Counted from the first letter of the stretch, positions 1 through 9,832 are shown. The stretch is 64,000 nucleotides of DNA from an uncultured virus (IMG/VR IMGVR_UViG_3300037067_018977) (IMGVR_UViG_3300037067_018977), one strand, 5' to 3'. The notes: a model not told the origin generated them from the letters alone. Program-made: numbers and translations.

Positions 1-119
1 GCGTGGCATGCCTCTATTGCGGCGCTGGGGTCGGCCAGCGCTGCCGCGGCAACGGGGGCCCCGTCACCTATACCCACTCCCTGCGGCGCAAAGCCGCTCG
101 CTTGAAAGGACTCTGAATC

Positions 120-524
120 TTGCCCCACCCCACCGAACGCATCTGGCTTTGGAAACATCCCGCGACCGAGCGGTTTTACATCTCGACCGTGGCGCCCGGA
201 CCGCGCGCCCGGCGAGGCCTCAAGGCTGACGGCTACAAGCTCTACGCCGTGGACATCGCGTTGCCCGACGAAGCCTACGTGCCCGAGTATGACGGCTTGC
301 TCCGAGCCCAAGGCGAGCGCGACGACGATTTTCCGGTGCACGCTGGCGATCGGTTGGTGTTTCCCACCGGCGGCGAAGGCGGCGTGGAGCGACGGGGTAC
401 ATGCGCGGCGCTCGACGCCACTTACGTGCGCGTGACGTGGGATCACACCTCCGCGGAAGGCTCGTTCACGCGAGCGCACATCCGGAAGCTCGTCGAGATG
501 GGTTTGCTCCAGGTGAACCCGTGA
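120..524 (+). CDS. hypothetical protein
   Basis: ORF with protein-like composition, coupled to next gene; start uncertain. Confidence 0.55.
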   Translation: MPHPTERIWLWKHPATERFYISTVAPGPRARRGLKADGYKLYAVDIALPDEAYVPEYDGLLRAQGERDDDFPVHAGDRLVFPTGGEGGVERRGTCAALDATYVRVTWDHTSAEGSFTRAHIRKLVEMGLLQVNP

Positions 525-856
525 GCGGCACGGCGATCAGGCGACGACGGCGACGGCGACGAGAGGACGAGTCGCCCGATCCCGCGCGGGCTCTCCTCGT
601 ACTGGCGTCCGAGGTGCGGGCAACCAGCAAGGTGATCGACGCGCTCGACGCCACGGTGGCGCTGGAAGGCACCGTGCTGGGCGATTTGGAGCAAGGTCGC
701 ACGCGCTGGCATCGCCTCCGGATGCACACCGGCTTGATCCAGATCACTCTGCAGAAGGACGGCGTTGCGGTCGGCTCCGTCATTCTGTCGGGACCCGCCG
801 CCTACCTTTGGATGGGGCAGATGCGAAGTCTGCTCGCGGAGTTCGAGGAAGGTTGA
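521..856 (+). CDS. hypothetical protein
   Basis: GTGA overlap with upstream stop. Confidence 0.55.
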   Translation: MSGTAIRRRRRRRREDESPDPARALLVLASEVRATSKVIDALDATVALEGTVLGDLEQGRTRWHRLRMHTGLIQITLQKDGVAVGSVILSGPAAYLWMGQMRSLLAEFEEG

Positions 857-859
857 AAA

Positions 860-1123
860 ATGGCAAGACGCGCGAAGAAAACCAAGCGCGCGGCGCGGGC
901 GCCGAGACCGGTTCCTTCGCTCGCCGCAAAGCCCGATCCCAACGCCGTGCAGTGGATCGTGTTCAAGAGGACCGACGAAGGGCGGCTAGCCGTAGTTATC
1001 GACAAGGTGCTCGCACACACAGCGTTTGATGCCTGGAAGGGTTCGAGGTTCTATACCGAGGGTTACGCCTTCGCCTCGGTCTGCTGTTACCGCCCACCCT
1101 ACACCATTCGGAAACTTTCATGA
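860..1123 (+). CDS. hypothetical protein
   Basis: SD-like GAGGAAGG upstream; coupled to next ORF. Confidence 0.6.
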   Translation: MARRAKKTKRAARAPRPVPSLAAKPDPNAVQWIVFKRTDEGRLAVVIDKVLAHTAFDAWKGSRFYTEGYAFASVCCYRPPYTIRKLS

Positions 1124-1311
1124 CCGCCGACGCCCTTCTCATCTGCGAAGCCGAGCACTGGAGCGATCAGTCCACTGTGCAGGGCATGGTGGACAATCCT
1201 GTCTCCGACGCGGAGCTGCTCCGCCGTGCCCGGATCCTCATTCCGCAACTGGCTCGGCGGCTGGATATCTATCGTGAGTGGCACGAGCGCCGCGGACGCT
1301 CCGATCTCTAG
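1120..1311 (+). CDS. hypothetical protein
   Basis: ATGA overlap. Confidence 0.5.
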   Translation: MTADALLICEAEHWSDQSTVQGMVDNPVSDAELLRRARILIPQLARRLDIYREWHERRGRSDL

Positions 1312-1748
1312 ACGAGCTTCACGAACGGCTCGGACGTGATCACCCGAGCGACCCAGCTCAGCGCGCCGCTCATGCGCACCCCGTCCTCGAACTGCCACTT
1401 CACGTGATAGCGGGACGAGCTGTGATTGGCGCTGTTGATCGCCACGACCACCAGCTCGTCGGCTTCGCCAGCTTCAACGCGCGCGTAGATCTCTCGTAAG
1501 ATCCGCTTGCACGCCTCCCGACGCTTGGCCATCGCTTCGTCGAGCGGCGGGAACACCACCCGCAGCACGTTGGATGGTGCCTCCGAAGAGCCCCCTACTG
1601 TCTCCATGGTGGAGCCTGTGGGCAGGGCCGCGGGTGGGTGAGGCTCGTGGTGTCCGCACCCGTCGCACGGCTCGCCGGGCGTGTAGAGACCCTTGTAGCT
1701 CCCTTGGTTCGGGTAGCCGCACTTCGGACACTCGGCGGTGATGTTCAT
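1308..1748 (-). CDS. hypothetical protein with N-terminal Zn-ribbon (CPKC..CDGC)
   Basis: MNITAECPKCG start overlaps upstream stop; two CxxC motifs. Confidence 0.6.
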   Translation of the reverse strand: MNITAECPKCGYPNQGSYKGLYTPGEPCDGCGHHEPHPPAALPTGSTMETVGGSSEAPSNVLRVVFPPLDEAMAKRREACKRILREIYARVEAGEADELVVVAINSANHSSSRYHVKWQFEDGVRMSGALSWVARVITSEPFVKLV

Positions 1749-2155
1749 GAGGGTTTCCTTCGTTCGAGCAGGATCACACAGCGCTGACAGAACGCCGCGC
1801 GCCGGCCCTCCGGCAGCTCCACCGCGGCGAGCAGCACGTGCACGATGCGGGGACGGTACAGCTCCGGATAGGCGAGCGACCAGGTGCGCCCACCGCGCGT
1901 GACCTGCCCGTCGGCGTCGGTGAGCTGGGCACGCTCGTCGCGGTTGTCTTCCCAGCCCTGCAGCTCCGCCAAGACCCAGGAGGTCGGATGATCGATCTTC
2001 CGCCGGATGTTGCATCCGTGCGGAGCGCGGCAGCGCTGGGTCAGAATACCAGCGGTCCAGGCGTGGTTCTCGCCGCACTCGCCCGTGCACTCGCAGCGCG
2101 CACCAGCACGTTGGATCAAAGCGTCGAGGTGCTGGGGCTCGGGCTCAGACGGCAT
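1745..2155 (-). CDS. Cys-rich hypothetical protein (RAGARCEC, HNH-like N-terminus)
   Basis: CECxxEC and CxxC motifs; coupled in minus-strand operon. Confidence 0.55.
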   Translation of the reverse strand: MPSEPEPQHLDALIQRAGARCECTGECGENHAWTAGILTQRCRAPHGCNIRRKIDHPTSWVLAELQGWEDNRDERAQLTDADGQVTRGGRTWSLAYPELYRPRIVHVLLAAVELPEGRRAAFCQRCVILLERRKPS

Positions 2156-2477
2156 AGTAGTAGTCCATCTCCGAGCGGTGTTCCCAGCCCGCAAGCAGCT
2201 GCTCCAAAATGAGCACCTCATGAGCCCGTCTCTGTGACTCCAGTGCGGACGGCGCAGACGGCACGTTCACCGAAAAGTAGTTTCGCTCACGCCTCCGCAC
2301 ACGCAGCTTCTCGGGATGCCGCTGGAGGCGAGTCTGCACCGCATCCATCGCCAGCTCCTGGTACTCCTCTGGAGTACAACGCACTTCAATCCAGCTCGGG
2401 CTACCCGGACCGTAGCTCACTACCCACCACCAGATTGTTGCGCCGGCAAGCGCAGTTAAGATCTCCGCGTCCGTCAT
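2145..2477 (-). CDS. ALAG-WW family hypothetical protein
   Basis: ILTALAGATIWWW; similar to 3498-3923 (C-terminal LExxLAGWEH in both). Confidence 0.7.
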   Translation of the reverse strand: MTDAEILTALAGATIWWWVVSYGPGSPSWIEVRCTPEEYQELAMDAVQTRLQRHPEKLRVRRRERNYFSVNVPSAPSALESQRRAHEVLILEQLLAGWEHRSEMDYYYAV

Positions 2478-2692
2478 CGGCGTTCACCCCAACCCGAACA
2501 CCAGCGAAAGACCTTGACGCAACTCTTCGGCACAGCGCTCACAAGCGCGAAGTCGCCACGTTACGCCATGCAGCACGGCCACCAGGTGCGGCTCCTCGCC
2601 GTTAACTTTGGTATGCCTGCTGCAAAAGTTGCAACCGCCTTCACGCCGCGAATCCGCCAACGTGACCCGCGTCAGGACCCGCTCTCCCTGCC

Positions 2693-2971
2693 TCATTCTC
2701 GCACCCAGTCGCACCAGCGTTCATCGCAGCGGTAGGTCACTGGCATGGTCCCCAGAAGGCCGGAGCACTCTTGGCCGTAGCAGTGAACCGACCGCACGCC
2801 GGTCTGTTTCTCGAAGTCGGCGCGGCGTTGCTCCATTAGCCGCGTCGCGTTGCCGTGATTGCCAGCTGCTTGCAGGATGCCATTCACGAGAATCACCAGC
2901 GCGGCAAGCACCAGCACCGTCGTTGTGCCGGCGACCAAGCAGCGCACGAGGTGCGGTACCGAAATATTCAT
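2693..2971 (-). CDS. membrane-anchored Cys-containing protein
   Basis: N-terminal hydrophobic helix, C-terminal Cys cluster. Confidence 0.55.
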   Translation of the reverse strand: MNISVPHLVRCLVAGTTTVLVLAALVILVNGILQAAGNHGNATRLMEQRRADFEKQTGVRSVHCYGQECSGLLGTMPVTYRCDERWCDWVRE

Positions 2972-3501
2972 TCGGGCACCTTCTCGGTGATGGGGACGCG
3001 GCCCATTGCGTTCCACTGCTTGCGCCAGCCGCGGTGATCGCCCTCGTGCCCCGCGCGCTTCGCGCAAAACGTTGCGCCGCGCCGCGTGGCGAACACCTCC
3101 GGGCATTGCTGGTTTCCCTGAGACACCAGAGCACGCGCCACCGCCGCGTGCGCCTCGGTCTGCGTGAGTTTGGTGCTGGTCCACTGGTGCTTGTGCTCGA
3201 ACATCGGCGCCGCGAAAAGATGACAAAGCGTGTGGTCCACCGACACGAGACCACGGAAGGCCAGCTCGTAGCAGTAGGTTCGGCGGCGAAGCACCCGCAC
3301 GCCGGTGGCAGTGGCCAGCCGATTTGCAACCACGTCCATGGCTTCCCGTTGGTAGCTACCACACACGTCATCATCCCAGCAGCGCACTTCCAGCGTCACG
3401 TGTTGCTCGGCTCCACGGACCGAAACATCGCTCACCCACCAGCGCACCCGATGGCCACCAAGGACTGCCAGCGCTTCCTGGCTTCCGTTCACGGCCGTCA
3501 T
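2968..3501 (-). CDS. ALAG-WW family protein with C-terminal C..C...GHxGDH motif
   Basis: EALAVLGGHRVRWW; paralog of neighbours. Confidence 0.65.
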   Translation of the reverse strand: MTAVNGSQEALAVLGGHRVRWWVSDVSVRGAEQHVTLEVRCWDDDVCGSYQREAMDVVANRLATATGVRVLRRRTYCYELAFRGLVSVDHTLCHLFAAPMFEHKHQWTSTKLTQTEAHAAVARALVSQGNQQCPEVFATRRGATFCAKRAGHEGDHRGWRKQWNAMGRVPITEKVPE

Positions 3502-3923
3502 GCGACTCGGTCCCATCCTGACTTCCGACGCGAGATCCACTGGTGCGGACCATTCGTTCGCTGGACCCCCCACCACAGGCGCTCCGGTTCCTTGTCGGGA
3601 TCACGCCGCAACACTGTGTCGCACGCGGAATCGTGTTCCCAACCAGCCAGGATCCGCTCCAACACCATCACCGCCGTGGTGGGCGGACGCGCGTTCACGC
3701 GCACGCTGAAGTCGAGTGCGCCCCGCATCACGATGTAAACCTTGGGTGCTGCCTGCGCGAGCCGCTGCTCCATCGCGTTCATGGCAAGCAAGTGCTCGGA
3801 GCCCGTGAGGCGCTCGGCGGACACTACGAGGCGCAGTGGGCTCTCTCCTAGCTCGACCAACCACCAGCGCACCCGGACCCCCGCGAGGGCCACCAACATC
3901 TCAGCTCGACTCGGCGCTGCCAT
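3498..3923 (-). CDS. ALAG-WW family hypothetical protein
   Basis: MLVALAGVRVRWW; start lies 8 nt below a predicted -10 element. Confidence 0.7.
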   Translation of the reverse strand: MAAPSRAEMLVALAGVRVRWWLVELGESPLRLVVSAERLTGSEHLLAMNAMEQRLAQAAPKVYIVMRGALDFSVRVNARPPTTAVMVLERILAGWEHDSACDTVLRRDPDKEPERLWWGVQRTNGPHQWISRRKSGWDRVA

Positions 3924-3960
3924 TGACAGCAGTGCTACCATCACCATGAGCTGAGATCAA
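3924..3960 (-). promoter_or_regulatory. leftward promoter (TTGATC-N17-TAGCAC) overlapped by palindromic operator
   Basis: Matches window-wide promoter consensus; TGACAGCAGTGCTACCA at 3924-3940. Confidence 0.55.
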
Positions 3961-4274
3961 GTCACGGCGGGCGAACAGCCCAGCTCTTGGCCACAAAAAG
4001 TTTTCGGCGCCCGCTGGGGAGGGGGGTTCCCAGGGGCGCCGTTTTGGAACAGACCGGACCAAGATGGGTTGCTGACGCTGACAAAACGGAAGGTACCTCC
4101 GAGCGAACCTGCCCGTCAAACTTTTTTTTGCAGGCCCAGTTTGTCCGCAGATTGTGCGGGTAAGGGAAAACCCCTGGGGAGCCAAGCGCGGATCTCCCGG
4201 TGCTGTCACCAGCCTAGCTGCCGATCCCGCATGCGACGCTTCACGCATGCTGTCACGGAGCGACGATCGTGACC

Positions 4275-4304
4275 TTGCCCCATATAGGAAAAATATAGTA
4301 GGCA
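4275..4304 (+). promoter_or_regulatory. promoter of replication operon (TTGCCC-N18-TAGGCA), probably leaderless
   Basis: AT-rich spacer; ATG 6 nt downstream of -10. Confidence 0.5.
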
Positions 4305-4310
4305 CGAGGG

Positions 4311-4490
4311 ATGCGTCGGAGACCGCAACGCAAGCCGTACCAGTTCATCGTGGTACTGAACGAAGACGATCGACTCGCGCTCGAAAGCATCGCGGACCAT
4401 GAGCGCGCGAACCGATCGGACACGGTGCGCCGACTCATCCGTGCCGCTGCGAAGCGGCTGGAGCGTTCCAAAGAATCCACTGCTGCCTGA
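4311..4490 (+). CDS. ribbon-helix-helix (CopG-like) DNA-binding protein, 59 aa
   Basis: Not in ORF track; MRRRPQRKPYQFIVVLNEDDRLALESIADHERANRSDTVRRLIRAAAKRL fits the RHH pattern (beta strand, helix, S-D-x-V-R helix). Confidence 0.8.
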   Translation: MRRRPQRKPYQFIVVLNEDDRLALESIADHERANRSDTVRRLIRAAAKRLERSKESTAA

Positions 4491-4506
4491 GAGGGAGGTT
4501 TGCCGG

Positions 4507-5454
4507 GTGCCTTACTACCTGTTCGATTCGCGCACGTTCCGAGATCGCAAGGTGCGCGAGAATTTGACGCTGCACGAACACAAGTGGCTCTGGGCCGTGC
4601 TGCTCGCTGGCGAAGAGCGATCGCGCTTGCCGGGACTGATCAAACTTCGTCTCGCGAGTCTCGCGGACGAAGCGCAGGTCACTCCGAGCGTGGCGCTCGA
4701 CGGGCTCGCGCTGATGGAGTCCGCGAACATGATCGTGATCGATCGCGACGCGGAGTTGATCCAACTGCCGAACGCTCCCAAGCACAACGTGTGTCCGAAC
4801 GCGAACGTGCTCCGCGCGTGGTACGCGATCTGGGAGGAGCTGCCTCACTGCGCGTTGCGCTACGAGCACATCCGCCTGCTGGTGCACGCCGTGAACCTGC
4901 AGACCGCGTCGCTCGACCAGGCATGGGCGGGGACGTTCGGGGCGGTGCTCCGTGCCTGGGACGCCGGGGACCCGGACATCCGGTACCTCGCCCAGAAGCT
5001 CCGGGGCCGGTGGGTTCGGCACCAGCCCCCGGCAGGCCAGGAGCCCGCGGGTAACGGTTACCCTGGTAACAGTTACCCACCTAACGGTTACACGGGTAAC
5101 GGTTCGGGTGGTAACCGTTCCGCGTCAACGGTTACTAGTGAAACCGTTACCCCGGTAACCGTTACTCTCAAAGAATCTGGATCGGGAAATGGATCGGGAA
5201 GGGGATCGGGATCGGGAAGGGACGGTTACCGAGGTAACCGTAACGTGGAACCCCGCGAAATCAGGTCGACTGAAATTTCTCAGAATGGAACACCGGAGAC
5301 CGATGGAAACCATGGGGTCGGAGCTGACGAAGCTGGCACAAGCGTTGCAGGACACGAGGCAGGAGGACCACCACCACCTGCGAGTGGTGGTCGAGCAGGC
5401 GGGCGGCGCAGCCGCGTGGCTGAACTCGCTCGGGCTCGGGGGACACCCCGCTGA
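4507..5454 (+). CDS. phage replication initiator protein
   Basis: GTG after GGAGG; N-terminal HTH-like region; internal iteron-like repeats; upstream of helicase loader and helicase as in lambdoid O-P modules. Confidence 0.75.
   Translation: MPYYLFDSRTFRDRKVRENLTLHEHKWLWAVLLAGEERSRLPGLIKLRLASLADEAQVTPSVALDGLALMESANMIVIDRDAELIQLPNAPKHNVCPNANVLRAWYAIWEELPHCALRYEHIRLLVHAVNLQTASLDQAWAGTFGAVLRAWDAGDPDIRYLAQKLRGRWVRHQPPAGQEPAGNGYPGNSYPPNGYTGNGSGGNRSASTVTSETVTPVTVTLKESGSGNGSGRGSGSGRDGYRGNRNVEPREIRSTEISQNGTPETDGNHGVGADEAGTSVAGHEAGGPPPPASGGRAGGRRSRVAELARARGTPR
5050..5246. repeat. iteron-like GTAAC-N-GTTAC palindromic repeats plus GGATCGGG(A) repeats; probable replication origin
   Basis: Many GGTAAC/GTTACC copies followed by a purine-rich tract, inside the initiator gene. 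Confidence 0.75.
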
Positions 5455-6208
5455 CCTGACCGAGCAAGAACTGCTTGCAGAGACGTCCGCTTTCTGGCAG
5501 GCGGCCGCTCGGCGCGAGCAGAGCTGTCAACGCTGTCCCGAGCACGGCGGCGCATGCGCAGCAGAACTCGGTTGCTTGCCGCCAGGGAGCTACCTCGCGT
5601 GGATCGAGCGTCGCCCGCGTGCTCAAGCTTGCCAGCGTTGGACCGAGCACGAGCTACGCCAGCGTCTCGCTGAAGCCGGTGTGCCATTTCGACTGCAAGG
5701 CTGCCGCGCCGACACGTTTCAGGTGGATACTGACCAGCAACATCAGGCCCATCTCGAAGTCGGCGAGCTGGTCAAGCTGTGGACCAAATCCAGGGAGCTA
5801 CATTCCGGTAGCCCATGGATCGTTCTGTGCGGCTCGCACGGCACAGGCAAGAGTCACCTGCTCGCCGCCGCGCTGCGCACCGTGCGCCGCCTGCGCCCGG
5901 CGTTTCACGTTTGGTATCAGGACGCGACCGAGCTGGCCTCGTTGCTCCAAAACTTTTTCGACAACCGAGACACCACGCCGGATCCCATGGAGCGTCTGGC
6001 GGAGACCAGTCTGCTCGCATTCGACAACGTCGATCCTGGGAGTTGGAAACCGTGGCTTCAAAAGTCCGTCGAGGAGCTGCTCGTGCAGCGTTGGAATCGC
6101 GGGCTCGCTACCTTGTTGGCGACCCACCAAACTCCTGACGCACTGCTGCAAGCACTCAGGTCTCTCACAGAGCTACGTTCGGGGGCAGCGTGGTGCACGC
6201 TGGGATGA
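5303..6208 (+). CDS. DnaC/IstB-like AAA+ helicase loader
   Basis: Walker A GSHGTGKS, Walker B LLAFDN, N-terminal Cys cluster; start could be 5285. Confidence 0.85.
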   Translation: METMGSELTKLAQALQDTRQEDHHHLRVVVEQAGGAAAWLNSLGLGGHPADLTEQELLAETSAFWQAAARREQSCQRCPEHGGACAAELGCLPPGSYLAWIERRPRAQACQRWTEHELRQRLAEAGVPFRLQGCRADTFQVDTDQQHQAHLEVGELVKLWTKSRELHSGSPWIVLCGSHGTGKSHLLAAALRTVRRLRPAFHVWYQDATELASLLQNFFDNRDTTPDPMERLAETSLLAFDNVDPGSWKPWLQKSVEELLVQRWNRGLATLLATHQTPDALLQALRSLTELRSGAAWCTLG

Positions 6209-8883
6209 GCGTGCAAAGTAGGCAACCCCAGCGCTCGCGGGAGGGTCGTGTTCCCCCGCATGATCTCGAAGCCGAAGCGGCGGTGCTGTCGAGCTGCATG
6301 CTGGACAAGGCAGCGTTGGACACTGTGCGGGGCTTGATCGCGCCCGAGCACTGCTACGCCGATGCGAATCGCCGCATCCTCGAAGCGGTCTTTGCGTTGG
6401 ACGATGCGGGTCACCCGGTCGACGTTGTCACCGTGGCCACCAAGCTACGCGAGCAGAACCGCCTCGAACAGAGCGGCGGCACGGTGTACCTCGCGTCGAT
6501 CACCGATGCTACTCCAGCCGTCGCGCACGTCGATCACCACGCCAAGACGGTGCGAGATCTGTGGCGCGTGCGCCAAGCCATCGCGCTGCACCAGACCAAG
6601 GCAGCGGAGGGATTCTTCGGGATCGAGTCCGTGCAAGAGTGGCTGGAGCAGACCGAGACCGCACTTAGCGGGATCGGCTCGGTCGGCTACGGCACGGAGC
6701 TGGAGGGCATCGGGACGATCGCAGCGCGCTACTACCAGTCGATGGTGGCCGCGAAGCAACGTGGTCAGGCGATTCTGGGTACTGCCACGGGATTCACGGA
6801 TCTCGACGAGCGCACCGGTGGGCTATTTGACGGCGATCTGACCATCGTGGCGGCTCGCCCCGGCTTGGGAAAGACGTCGCTAGCCACCGCGCTCGCCCGC
6901 AACGTCGCCGGCTCAGGCGAAGGCGTTGCCTTCTTCTCTCTGGAGATGCCGCGTGACCAGATCGCGATGCGCATGCTGTGTGCGGAGGAATATTTGGACG
7001 CGAACCGCATTCGTCGCGGTCAGCTTTCTGCCGATGACTGGAGTCGACTCATGCGTGGCACTACCACGCTCGCGAGCCTACCCATCTGGGTGGACGACAC
7101 GCCTGCGATCACCGTTCAGGAACTGCGCGCGAAGGTGCGCCGGTTGCAGCGTCAGATCTTGCAAGCGCCCACCGAGCACTGTCGGAAGCTCGGGCTCGTC
7201 GCGGTCGACTACCTGCAGCTCATGAAGGGGATCCGAGAGAAGGGCGACACACGCGAGCGCGAGGTGGCTTCCCTGAGTCAGGGGCTCAAGAATTTGGCCA
7301 AGCAGCTGCGCCTGCCAGTGGTTGCGCTCTCCCAGCTCAACCGCTCGGTGGAGAAGAAGGGCAGCGACAAGCGACCTCAGCTCAGTGATCTGCGGGAATG
7401 TATCCCCGGTGACGCGCGGGTATTGCTCGCGAACGGCCAGCGCGTGCGCATGGACACGCTGGTGGGCTCCGAGCGCTCCGTCGTCTGCTTGGACCCGGGT
7501 GCACTGAAGCTCACGGCGCGCCGTGCGCGTTTCGTGGAGGCGGGGCAGAAGGAAGTCTGGCGAGTGCGGCTACGCAGTGGCCGCAGCTTCCGCGCTTCGT
7601 TCGATCATCCGGTGCTCACGCTCCAGGGATGGAAACCCCTGAACCAGCTCCACCACCACGAAGAGATTGCGGTGCCGCGCGGATATCGGCTTACCGGTAC
7701 GCGCGTGATGGCTCCGGAGTTGGCGCGCCTGCTGGGCTACCTGGTTAGCAATGGATCGTACAAGCGTCTACGCTCAGTCGGTGTGACGCTGCCCGAGCCG
7801 GAGCTGAGGCAGGACGCGCAAACCATCGCACAGACGTATCTGGGCGTGCGTTGCCGCGAGCACAAACACTGGTCCGGCACGCACAGCATCGAGTTGACGA
7901 ACGTGGCCCGCGGCCCAGGAGGCAACGCAGCAATCAACTGGCTTCGGGAGCTGGGAATCCACGGCCACGCTACCCCCGAAAAGCGCACCCCGGAGATCCT
8001 GTTTGGAGCCGACAGCGTTGTCCTCGGTCAATACATTGCAGGCCTCTACGCGGGCGACGGCAGCGTGGTGCGACGGCGGCGCGGCGGATGGACCATCAAG
8101 TATGTTTCGACGAGCATGGAGTTACTCAGGGAGATTCAACACCTGCTTCTGCGACTCGGTGTGATGGCGGTGCTCGGTAAACCCACGCGCCACACCAAAT
8201 CCACGGTGGACATCGCGGAACTGCGGATCTCCGACAAAGCGAACGTGCTGGCTTTCGCTCGCGCCGTACCCATCCCAGGAAAAAAAGGGAAGCGACTCCA
8301 GCGTGCGGCCGCGGAGTCCCAGGGGCGCACTAACGAGCACCATGACCGGCTGCCCAACGTAGTAGAACGCGCGCTCCGGGTGTTCATGCTGGCGCGCGGT
8401 ATTCGCTACCGGGACGCGGGCTACATTTGTCAGCGCAAACGCATTAACCGGCAAGCGCTGGGCGCGCTCGCTCATAAACTCACCGCGCTCGGTCACGACG
8501 GGGAAGAGACCCGCCACTGGGCAATGCTTGCAGAAAGCGACGTGCTCTGGGACGCGGTGGAGTCGGTTCAGCGGGAAGGCGTCGAGCCGGTCTACGATGC
8601 AACCGTGGACGCCGCAGCAAACTTTATTGTGGACGATGTGATCGTGCACAACTCGGGAGCCATTGAAAACGATGCCGACTCGGTCTGGCTGCTCTACCGC
8701 GACAGCTACTATCACCGCGATGCAGGTCCCGAGGTGGAGCTGGACGTGGCCAAACAGCGCAACGGACCCACCGGCGTGGTCAAGCTGATGTTCCGGGGGA
8801 AAAACATGCGCTACGACAACGCCGAGCTTGCGGACGACTACGGCGTGGCCACCGGCGCCAACGAATGGGACGCCAATGTCTGA
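6205..8883 (+). CDS. dnaB: replicative DNA helicase DnaB containing an intein
   Basis: PPHDLEAE, AARPGLGKT, FSLEM, VDYLQLM, LSQLNR, RPQLSDLRE/SGAIENDAD, KQRNGPTG motifs. Confidence 0.97.
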   Translation: MSVQSRQPQRSREGRVPPHDLEAEAAVLSSCMLDKAALDTVRGLIAPEHCYADANRRILEAVFALDDAGHPVDVVTVATKLREQNRLEQSGGTVYLASITDATPAVAHVDHHAKTVRDLWRVRQAIALHQTKAAEGFFGIESVQEWLEQTETALSGIGSVGYGTELEGIGTIAARYYQSMVAAKQRGQAILGTATGFTDLDERTGGLFDGDLTIVAARPGLGKTSLATALARNVAGSGEGVAFFSLEMPRDQIAMRMLCAEEYLDANRIRRGQLSADDWSRLMRGTTTLASLPIWVDDTPAITVQELRAKVRRLQRQILQAPTEHCRKLGLVAVDYLQLMKGIREKGDTREREVASLSQGLKNLAKQLRLPVVALSQLNRSVEKKGSDKRPQLSDLRECIPGDARVLLANGQRVRMDTLVGSERSVVCLDPGALKLTARRARFVEAGQKEVWRVRLRSGRSFRASFDHPVLTLQGWKPLNQLHHHEEIAVPRGYRLTGTRVMAPELARLLGYLVSNGSYKRLRSVGVTLPEPELRQDAQTIAQTYLGVRCREHKHWSGTHSIELTNVARGPGGNAAINWLRELGIHGHATPEKRTPEILFGADSVVLGQYIAGLYAGDGSVVRRRRGGWTIKYVSTSMELLREIQHLLLRLGVMAVLGKPTRHTKSTVDIAELRISDKANVLAFARAVPIPGKKGKRLQRAAAESQGRTNEHHDRLPNVVERALRVFMLARGIRYRDAGYICQRKRINRQALGALAHKLTALGHDGEETRHWAMLAESDVLWDAVESVQREGVEPVYDATVDAAANFIVDDVIVHNSGAIENDADSVWLLYRDSYYHRDAGPEVELDVAKQRNGPTGVVKLMFRGKNMRYDNAELADDYGVATGANEWDANV
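7399..8652 (+). mobile_element. intein (418 aa) with LAGLIDADG homing endonuclease domain
   Basis: Begins CIPGDARV, block B ASFDHPVL, LLGYLVSNG and IAGLYAGDG motifs, ends VIVHN followed by Ser. Confidence 0.95.
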
Positions 8884-9241
8884 GTGCGATGATTGGAGGA
8901 AGCTGACGAGCTGGACAGAACCAGCTACCCCTGAGCTTGTGGCCGCCGGTGCGCTCGCGGACGAATTCTGGTGGCGCTGGTATCGCGAGGCAGGGACGGA
9001 ATGGGTGCGCGTGCACATCTGTGTCAGTGCCGCCGGGGACCTTGCGAGCGCGCTAGCCTGGGCGCAGGCGTTGCTTCAGAATCATCCCGATGTGCGCAAG
9101 GTAGGAGTCGGACCGGTTTTCCCGTTCGTCGAGCCAGGAGTGGTGGTCGGCGAGTTGCGCGCAGTGATCGACCGCTGTCCCGAAGAGCTTTTGATCTTAG
9201 ACGCAGCGCTCGGCGCTCACCGACACAGGACGCGACGATGA
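8876..9241 (+). CDS. ALAG-WW family hypothetical protein
   Basis: AAGALADEFWWRW, HPDVRKV, C-terminal AALG. Confidence 0.7.
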   Translation: MSECDDWRKLTSWTEPATPELVAAGALADEFWWRWYREAGTEWVRVHICVSAAGDLASALAWAQALLQNHPDVRKVGVGPVFPFVEPGVVVGELRAVIDRCPEELLILDAALGAHRHRTRR

Positions 9242-9552
9242 CGCAACCGATCAGCGTCCTGGCGGCACTCGCGGGCGTGGAGTTCACGTGGTGGGTGGAG
9301 CAGGGTTGCGGATGGATCCCGAACCTCGCCTCCGCAAAGCTGCGGGTGCGCGCTCGCGCGCGGAACGACGACGCCTTGGCGCTGGCGTTGTGCTCCGATG
9401 CGCTCGAAGCTCACCCAGACGTGCATCGAGTCATCTTTGTCCAAGTGGGTCCCCTGAAGCATTCCGGCCTGCGCGTCTGGGTGCGAGGCCATCCGGGCAT
9501 CGTGCTCACGGTGATCGGTGAAGCGTTAGGAAAACCAGATGCCCTGTTCTGA
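9238..9552 (+). CDS. ALAG-WW family hypothetical protein
   Basis: VLAALAGVEFTWW, HPDVHRV, EALG. Confidence 0.7.
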   Translation: MTQPISVLAALAGVEFTWWVEQGCGWIPNLASAKLRVRARARNDDALALALCSDALEAHPDVHRVIFVQVGPLKHSGLRVWVRGHPGIVLTVIGEALGKPDALF

Positions 9553-9832
9553 ACTAACCATCCTGCACGCGCTGGCGGCGCCAGAGTTCCGGTGGAGCGT
9601 GGCAGTCGAGGACTTCGATGTGGCCACCGTGCGTGTGGAAAGTTCCGATCGCGAGCTGGTGGAACACTGGTGCTTCGAGCAGCTCTGTGTGCATCCAGAC
9701 GTGCGAGCGGTGTCGGTCCTGAAATCCGAGGTTGTCAACCTGAGCTGGGTGAGCGTGCAGTTCAGGTATGGCCCGGGCTGGATCCAGATCTTGCACGCGG
9801 TGCTCGGCCGCGAGAGGTATGACCGTGGATGA
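9539..9832 (+). CDS. ALAG-WW family hypothetical protein
   Basis: ILHALAAPEFRW, HPDVRAV, AVLG. Confidence 0.7.
   Translation: MPCSELTILHALAAPEFRWSVAVEDFDVATVRVESSDRELVEHWCFEQLCVHPDVRAVSVLKSEVVNLSWVSVQFRYGPGWIQILHAVLGRERYDRG

Noticed and set aside
7399..8652. Intein endonuclease as the mobiliser of the six introns
   Set aside because: Intein endonucleases target their own intein-less allele, and the intron sites share only 3-4 nt
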